From Pseudomonadota bacterium (GTDB lineage Bacteria > Pseudomonadota > Alphaproteobacteria > Kiloniellales > JAKSDN01), in assembly GCA_039029395.1 (NCBI GenBank), contig JBCCGG010000001.1, positions 373,761-437,760 of the forward strand: a stretch of 64,000 bases of DNA. The letters run 5' to 3'. A program made the position numbers and the translations under genes. The notes below the pieces were generated by a model, which was given only the letters and a program-made list of their open reading frames with translations, ran no database searches and was not told the DNA's origin. This document shows, in pieces, positions 55,802 through 64,000 of the stretch. The first letter of the stretch is position 1. The number at the start of each line of letters is the position of its first letter.

Positions 55802-56737
55802 CTACACCCGTTCTATGATTTTTTCGCCGAACAGCCCCTGGGGCCGGAACACCAGGAACACCAGAGCCAGCACGTAGGCGAACCAGTTCTCGATCGCGCC
55901 GCCGATCAGGGGTCCCCAGTAGATCTCGGCAATTTTCTCGCCGACACCGATGATCAGTCCGCCGACGATGGCGCCCGGCACCGAGGTGAAGCCGCCTAGG
56001 ATCAGCACCGGCAAGGCCTTCAGCGCGATCAGCGAGAGGCTGAACTGCACGCCGCTCTTGGCGCCCCACATGATGCCGGCGACCAGGCCGACGAATCCGG
56101 CGACCGACCAGACGATGACCCAGATGGTCTTGAGCGGAATGCCGACCGAGAGCGCCGCCTGGTGATCGTCCGCGACCGCGCGCAGCGCCCGGCCGATGCG
56201 TGTGTAGTGGAAGAACACGGCGAGCACGGCGACCAGCACGGCGCCCGAGGCGGCGGCGAAGAGCTCGAATTCGTTTAAGAGGATGCCGCCAACCTCGAAG
56301 GAGGCGTTGGGGATACCGATATCGAGCCGCTTGACGTTGGAGCCCCAGATGGTCTCGCCCAGGCCCTCGAGAAGGAAGGCGAGACCGATCGTCGCCATAA
56401 ACAGGATAATGCCTTCCTGGTTGACCAGCTTGCGCAGCATGAAGCGCTCGATCGCGAAGGCCAGGATGATCATCACGATGACCGTGCCGATCAGCGCCAG
56501 CCAGACCGGCGCGCCGCGCTCCATCAGCCCGACCAGGGTGAGCGCCGCGAACAGCACCATCACGCCCTGGGCGAAGTTGAACACGCCCGAGGCCTTGAAG
56601 ATCAAGACGAAGCCGAGCGCGACGAGCGAGTACATGACGCCGGTTAGAAGCCCGCCGATCACCACCTCGGCGAAGAACACCGGTGATCCGGCGATATCCA
56701 AAAAAGGCGCGACGAAGACGGCGTAGAGAATTTCCAT
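55802..56737 (-). CDS. Branched-chain-amino-acid-type ABC permease (LivH-like)
   Basis: 311 aa. GLLTGVMYSLVALGFVLIFKASGVFNFAQG is the typical LivH N-terminus. Confidence 0.85.
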   Translation of the reverse strand: MEILYAVFVAPFLDIAGSPVFFAEVVIGGLLTGVMYSLVALGFVLIFKASGVFNFAQGVMVLFAALTLVGLMERGAPVWLALIGTVIVMIILAFAIERFMLRKLVNQEGIILFMATIGLAFLLEGLGETIWGSNVKRLDIGIPNASFEVGGILLNEFELFAAASGAVLVAVLAVFFHYTRIGRALRAVADDHQAALSVGIPLKTIWVIVWSVAGFVGLVAGIMWGAKSGVQFSLSLIALKALPVLILGGFTSVPGAIVGGLIIGVGEKIAEIYWGPLIGGAIENWFAYVLALVFLVFRPQGLFGEKIIERV

Positions 56738-56768
56738 CGCGGTTCAGCCCCTCTCTCGCGCGGTCGGC

Positions 56769-57566
56769 TCAGGCATCGTGCGCCACTCCCAGATAGGCGT
56801 CGATCACGCCCTGGTCGCCGCGCACCACGTCCGGCGTGCCGTCGGCGATCTTCTGGCCATAGTCGAGCACGACAACCCGGTCTGAGATGTCCATGACCAC
56901 GCCCATGTCGTGCTCGATCAGCGCGATCGTCGTGCCGAACTCGTCATTGACGTCCAGGACAAAGCGGCACATGTCCTCCTTCTCCTCGACGTTCATGCCG
57001 GCCATCGGCTCGTCGAGCAGCAGCAGGCTCGGCTCGGCGGCCAAGGCGCGGCCCAGTTCGACCCGCTTCTGCAGGCCGTAGGGCAGGCGGCCGACCGGGG
57101 TCTTGCGGATATCCTGGATCTCCAAAAAGTCGATGATTTGCTCGACCCTGGCCCGGTGCTCGAGCTCCTCGCGCTTGGCCGGTCCCAAGTAGAGCGCCTG
57201 CCATAGGAGGCCGCGTTTCATCTTGAGAAGACGCCCGGTCATGATGTTGTCGAGCGTGCTCATGCCCTTGAACAGCGCGATGTTCTGGAAAGTGCGGGCG
57301 ATGCCTTGGGATGCCGCCACGTGGGGCCGCATTTGGCTGCGGGTCCGGCCCCGGTAGGTGATGCGGCCTTCCTGGGGATGATAGAAGCCGTTGATCACGT
57401 TCAGCATGGAGGACTTGCCGGCGCCGTTGGGGCCGATGATCGCGCGGATCTCGTGCTCCTTGATGTCGAAGCTGACGTTAGAGATCGCCTTGACGCCGCC
57501 GAACGACAGGCTGATGCCCTCGACCTCGAGCAGGGTCTCGCCGAAAGGCCGCCGATTGCCCGACAT
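56769..57566 (-). CDS. ABC transporter ATP-binding protein (LivG-like)
   Basis: 265 aa. Walker A GPNGAGKSS, signature LPYGLQKRVELGRAL, and Walker B LLLDEPMAGMN. Confidence 0.9.
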   Translation of the reverse strand: MSGNRRPFGETLLEVEGISLSFGGVKAISNVSFDIKEHEIRAIIGPNGAGKSSMLNVINGFYHPQEGRITYRGRTRSQMRPHVAASQGIARTFQNIALFKGMSTLDNIMTGRLLKMKRGLLWQALYLGPAKREELEHRARVEQIIDFLEIQDIRKTPVGRLPYGLQKRVELGRALAAEPSLLLLDEPMAGMNVEEKEDMCRFVLDVNDEFGTTIALIEHDMGVVMDISDRVVVLDYGQKIADGTPDVVRGDQGVIDAYLGVAHDA

Positions 57567-57572
57567 CGCGGT

Positions 57573-59528
57573 TCAGCTGGCCTTCTTGAGCGGCTCGGCC
57601 GCCACCGTCGCGGTCTCCGCGATTTTCAGGTCGGCCGAGAGCGTGCCCGTGCGGCCATCCTCGAAGGTCACCTGGGTCTCGATGAAGGCGTGATCCGCGC
57701 TGGAGTAGAGGCCCTCGATCAGAGGGTCGTACTTCTCTGCGACGATGCGCCGGCGCACCTTGCGGGTGCGGGTCAGCTCGCCGTCGTCGGCATCAAGCTC
57801 CTTGTGCAGGATCAAGAAGCGCTTGATCTGGGAGGACGCCAAGTTGGGGTCGGCGGCCAGGTCCCGGTTGACCTGCTCGATGTGGCTTTTGATGATCTCG
57901 TAGACTTGCGGATTGGCGGCTAGCTCCTGGTAGCTGCCGTAGGGCACGCCGTTGCGCTCGGCCCAATTTCCGACTGCCTCCAGATCGATGTTGATAAAAG
58001 CCGCCGCGTAGGCCCGGCCGTCGCCGAAGGCAACGGCCTCGCGGATCTCCGGGAAGAACTTCAGTTTGTTCTCGATGAACTTGGGCGCGAACATCGCGCC
58101 GTCTTGCAGCCGGCCCACATCCTTGGCCCGGTCGATGATGATTAAGTGGCCCTTGTCGTTGAAGAAGCCGGCGTCGCCGGTGTGCACCCAGCCCTCCGCA
58201 GTCTTGGTGGATTCCGTTGCCTCCCGGTTCTTGTAGTACTCCTGGAAGGTGCCGGGTCCGCGGAACAGCACCTCGCCGCCGTCGGAGACTTGGATCTCGA
58301 CCTCGGGCGCCGGCACGCCGACCGTGTCCGGCAGGATCTCGCCGTCCGGCTGCACGGCGATGAAGACGCTGGCCTCGGTCGAGCCGTAAAGCTGCTTCAA
58401 GTTGATGCCGAGCGCGCGGTAGAAATCGAAAATGTCCGGTCCGATCGCCTCGCCGGCGGTGTAGGCCAGACGCACCCGGCTGAAGCCCAGCGTGTTCATG
58501 AGCGGTCCATAAACCAATAGCCCGCCCAAGCGATAGAGCAGCCTGTCCATGGTCGAGACCGGCTTGCCGTCGAGGATCGCCACACCGCTCTTGCGGGCGC
58601 GCTCCATGAAGTGGTGGAACAGCCAGCGCTTGAAGCGGCTGGCGTCCTCCATTCGGATCATCACCGTGGTCAGTATGGTCTCGAAGATTCTGGGCGGCGC
58701 GAAGAAATAGGTCGGGCCCAGCTCGCGCAGGTCGTGCATCACCGTCGCGCCCGATTCCGGGCAGCTCACGCAAAAACCCGCGCAATAACTCTGGGCGAAG
58801 GAAAAGATATGATCGCCGACCCAAGCCATGGGCAGGTAGGCCAGCATCTCTTCCTTTTCGGTCAATCTCTCGAGCGTGATGTTGTTGGCCGCCGTCTTGA
58901 TCACGTTCTCGAAGGACAGCACCACGCCCTTGGGCTGGCCGGTCGTGCCCGAGGTGTAGAGGATGATCGACACGTCCTTGCCGTCGCCTTTTGAAACCTC
59001 TTCCTCGAAGATGCCCGGGTTGGCCGCCTCGTGAGCCCGGCCCTTTTCCTGCACCGTCTCGAAGCTGTGCAGGTAAGGCTGATCGTAGTGGCGCATACCC
59101 CGGGCATCGCAGTAGACCATTGTCTCCAGGCGCGGGCAGCGGTCCTTGATCTCAATCAACTTGTCGACCTGCTCCTGGTCCTCGGCGATCGCGAAGCGCG
59201 CCTCGGCGTGGTCGATCACGAAGGCCATCTCGTCGGCCACCGAGTCCTGATAGACCGGGACCGGCACCGCGCCCAAGGATTGGGCCGCGACCATCGACCA
59301 ATAGAGCCGGGGCCGGTTGTCGCCGATGATCGCCAGCTTATCGCCGCGCTGCAGGCCAAGCGCGATCAGGCCACAGGTGAGCGCCTTGACCTCATCGAGC
59401 ACCTCGGCCCAGCTCCAGGACTGCCAGATGCCGAAGTCCTTTTCCCGGATCGCCGGGCGATCGGCCAGGCGCCGGCCGTTCTCCATGAGCAGTTTAGGGA
59501 AAGTGTCCTGATCCGGCTGCGAGGTCAT
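57573..59528 (-). CDS. AMP-dependent synthetase/ligase (long-chain-acyl-CoA-synthetase-like, 651 aa)
   Basis: It has the AMP-binding motif ILYTSGTTGQPKGVVLS, then YGSTEAS and WVHTGDAGFFNDKGHLIIIDRAKD. It is the first gene of the minus-strand cluster. Confidence 0.85.
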   Translation of the reverse strand: MTSQPDQDTFPKLLMENGRRLADRPAIREKDFGIWQSWSWAEVLDEVKALTCGLIALGLQRGDKLAIIGDNRPRLYWSMVAAQSLGAVPVPVYQDSVADEMAFVIDHAEARFAIAEDQEQVDKLIEIKDRCPRLETMVYCDARGMRHYDQPYLHSFETVQEKGRAHEAANPGIFEEEVSKGDGKDVSIILYTSGTTGQPKGVVLSFENVIKTAANNITLERLTEKEEMLAYLPMAWVGDHIFSFAQSYCAGFCVSCPESGATVMHDLRELGPTYFFAPPRIFETILTTVMIRMEDASRFKRWLFHHFMERARKSGVAILDGKPVSTMDRLLYRLGGLLVYGPLMNTLGFSRVRLAYTAGEAIGPDIFDFYRALGINLKQLYGSTEASVFIAVQPDGEILPDTVGVPAPEVEIQVSDGGEVLFRGPGTFQEYYKNREATESTKTAEGWVHTGDAGFFNDKGHLIIIDRAKDVGRLQDGAMFAPKFIENKLKFFPEIREAVAFGDGRAYAAAFINIDLEAVGNWAERNGVPYGSYQELAANPQVYEIIKSHIEQVNRDLAADPNLASSQIKRFLILHKELDADDGELTRTRKVRRRIVAEKYDPLIEGLYSSADHAFIETQVTFEDGRTGTLSADLKIAETATVAAEPLKKAS

Positions 59529-59634
59529 GCCCCCCTCCAGCTCATGCGGCGACGCGCCTGAAGCGCGCCCTGCGTGATCTGAGTCACGCCGTCCTCCCTG
59601 AATTATTATTCATGGTCTTTGTTTCTTGGCGGAG

Positions 59635-59663
59635 ATATTAGTGCGCTTCAAGTCCTGTGACAA
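59635..59663 (-). promoter_or_regulatory. Candidate promoter TTGTCA-N17-TAATAT for the ligase/ABC cluster
   Basis: The minus strand reads TTGCAATTGTCA caggacttgaagcgcac TAATAT. The -35 is embedded in the same 12-mer seen at 25773-25784. Pattern match only. Confidence 0.3.
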
Positions 59664-59814
59664 TTGCAAGCGCCGGAAGCAAGCCAAGGACGATCACAAA
59701 TTCACGAGCCTGTGCCCGCAAGGCCGTCCGGGCGACCTGGACCCATCGGTTGCTTGGTCCTATATTCGCGCCCGAATTGCCGCATGCCATAGCGCCAGCA
59801 GAGGGGAGCCGCTC

Positions 59815-62490
<2,676 letters not shown>

Positions 62491-62516
62491 GACGGTTATT
62501 CGATGGGGGCGCCTCG

Positions 62517-63413
62517 ATGAGAAAGCTCCGCGTCCACCATTCGACGCTCTATCGCTACCGCAAGGCGGTTGCGTTCGGCGCCCATCGCCTGATGTTTCGG
62601 CCGCGGGATTCCCACGACCTGCGCCTGATCGCCGCCGAGCTAGTGATCGACCCGGCGGCCGAGGTGCGCTGGCTGCACGACGTTTTCTCCAACTCGATCG
62701 CGATCGCACGCTTCGAGGGTTTGGCCGAGGCGCTGCGCTTCGAGAGCAATATCACCTTGGAGCACTACGGCATCGAGCGCCCTGTGGTTCAGATCGAGCC
62801 CTATGCCACCCACTATCCTTTCAGCTATTCCAGCGAGTTCATCTCCGATCTGGCGCGCACCAACCAGCGGCACTACCCCGATCCCGAGGGGCGGGTCGAC
62901 GCCTGGGTCAAGGAGGTCCTGGCCGAGCTTGGTAGCCAGCCGGAGACCGCACATTTGATAGAGCGGCTCAACCACGCGGTCCACCAACGCTTCGCCTACG
63001 AGCCGCGCTTCGCCGTCGGCGTGCAGAGCCCGGTCGAGACCCTGAACCAAGGCAGCGGCACCTGCCGGGACTTAGCGCTCTTCATGATGGAGGCGTTGCG
63101 GGCGCTCGGCCTCGCCGCGCGTTTCGTCTCCGGCTATCTCTACGACCCGGCGCTCGACGGCGAGGGCGGGGGCGACAGCGGTCTGCGCGGCGCCGGCGCA
63201 ACCCATGCCTGGGTTCAGGTCTTTCTGCCCGGCGCCGGCTGGGTCGAGTACGACCCAACCAACGGCCTGGTCGGCGGCGCCGATCTGATCCGGGTCGCGG
63301 TGACCCGCGACCCCATGCAGGCCCTACCGCTCCAAGGCACCTACATCGGCGCCGCCGAGGACTTTCTCGATATGAGCGTCGAAGTCACGGTTTCCGCGGA
63401 AAATCTCGGTTAA
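62517..63413 (+). CDS. Transglutaminase-like cysteine-protease-fold protein
   Basis: 298 aa. It has a Bact_transglu_N-like N-terminus, then the catalytic GSGTCRDLALF (Cys), THAWVQVFLPGAGW (His) and EYDPTN (Asp). Confidence 0.8.
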   Translation: MRKLRVHHSTLYRYRKAVAFGAHRLMFRPRDSHDLRLIAAELVIDPAAEVRWLHDVFSNSIAIARFEGLAEALRFESNITLEHYGIERPVVQIEPYATHYPFSYSSEFISDLARTNQRHYPDPEGRVDAWVKEVLAELGSQPETAHLIERLNHAVHQRFAYEPRFAVGVQSPVETLNQGSGTCRDLALFMMEALRALGLAARFVSGYLYDPALDGEGGGDSGLRGAGATHAWVQVFLPGAGWVEYDPTNGLVGGADLIRVAVTRDPMQALPLQGTYIGAAEDFLDMSVEVTVSAENLG

Positions 63414-63482
63414 CATCCCGCTCATACCTCTCACCCTAAAGTGATTCGCCCGTGTGGCGGCAGAGCGGATAGGCTTCGGGTC

Positions 63483-64000
63483 ATGAAACAGATCGCAAAG
63501 TATGCCTTGACCGGGGCGGTGGCCTTGGCCGGGGTCGCCCTCTTGGCGCCCGACGGACTGTTTTCCAACAGAGCCGTGGCCGAGATGGCCATCAGCAGCG
63601 ACTCGCCCGGCGCGCCTGTCGTGGTCGAGCTCTTCACTTCTCAGGGCTGCAGCTCCTGTCCGCCGGCCGAGGAGATTCTCGGCGAGCTGGCCGACCAGCC
63701 TGGCGTTTTGGCGCTCGAGATGCATGTCGACTACTGGGACTACATCGGCTGGAAGGATCTTTACGCCAAGCCGGAGATCACCAAGCGCCAGCGCCACTAT
63801 GCCCGAGATTTGGGCCTGCGCTACGTCTACACCCCGCAGATGGTGATCGACGGCAGGGACGACGTGGTCGGCTCCCGGCGCGGCTCGGTGCTCGATAAGA
63901 TCGAGCAGGCGGCAATCACGCCCAAGCCGGTCAAGGTGACCTTCGACCGGGAAGGCAACGGCAGGGTGCTGATCGACGGCGGCATCGCGCCCAAGGACGG
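63483..64000 (+). CDS. DUF1223 thioredoxin-like secreted protein, 5' part (runs off the right edge)
   Basis: Not in the ORF track because there is no stop. My translation from ATG 63483 reads MKQIAKYALTGAVALAGVALLAP...VVVELFTSQGCSSCPPAEEILGEL...MHVDYWDYIGWKD...YTPQMVIDG. This matches the DUF1223 signature. Confidence 0.75.
   Translation, partial: MKQIAKYALTGAVALAGVALLAPDGLFSNRAVAEMAISSDSPGAPVVVELFTSQGCSSCPPAEEILGELADQPGVLALEMHVDYWDYIGWKDLYAKPEITKRQRHYARDLGLRYVYTPQMVIDGRDDVVGSRRGSVLDKIEQAAITPKPVKVTFDREGNGRVLIDGGIAPKD

Noticed and set aside
59584-59613. 9-codon minus-strand uORF ([39 protein letters not shown]) in the leader of the ligase/ABC cluster, with three rare AAT codons
   Set aside because: It has no Shine-Dalgarno sequence and is too short to evaluate. 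The AT-rich patch is equally well explained as promoter or UP-element DNA of the divergent region. It is worth a look only if ribosome profiling is available.
59626-59814. 63-codon N-terminal extension of acnA in the ORF track ([18 protein letters not shown]...)
   Set aside because: Conserved AcnA sequence begins right after GTG 59815, which has a GAGGGGAG ribosome-binding site 7 nt upstream. The extension would cover the shared promoter region.

Overview
This is a 64-kb, high-GC, gene-dense chromosomal segment. Gene content and order look alphaproteobacterial, probably Rhodospirillales-like. That is an inference from core synteny blocks: dgt-argS-SPOR-nagZ-scpAB, tatABC-serS-surE-pcm-nlpD, yajC-secDF-Mth938, groESL with CIRCE, usg-ctaA, and acnA. 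I can support about 75 protein-coding genes, one frameshifted gene (groEL), and a few regulatory or structural elements. By eye I found no rRNA, tRNA, CRISPR array, transposase, integrase or phage genes, so this is not a classical mobile or defence island. My best candidate for an under-described system is at 4129-9060. It is a three-subunit tungsten-type aldehyde:ferredoxin oxidoreductase locus (aorABC-like). It is preceded by two paralogous beta-grasp MoaD/ThiS-like genes (one ends Gly-Gly, the other has a capped C-terminus), an unrecognised 95-aa protein ending GGG, and a 290-nt structured spacer. Other unusual content: (ii) a roughly 430-bp low-GC non-coding island (about 15590-16010) with a three-fold direct repeat and a hairpin presenting a CCCCUCCCC loop; (iii) a ybjQ plus merF-like two-gene metal module with no other mer genes; (iv) a 7-gene Liv-type ABC transporter bracketed by two acyl/aryl-CoA ligases; (v) a translationally coupled PrsW protease plus DUF2628 pair; (vi) an orphan iron/polyamine-type ABC ATPase behind an AT-rich perfect palindrome. 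All family calls come from motif recognition by eye. No database search was run.
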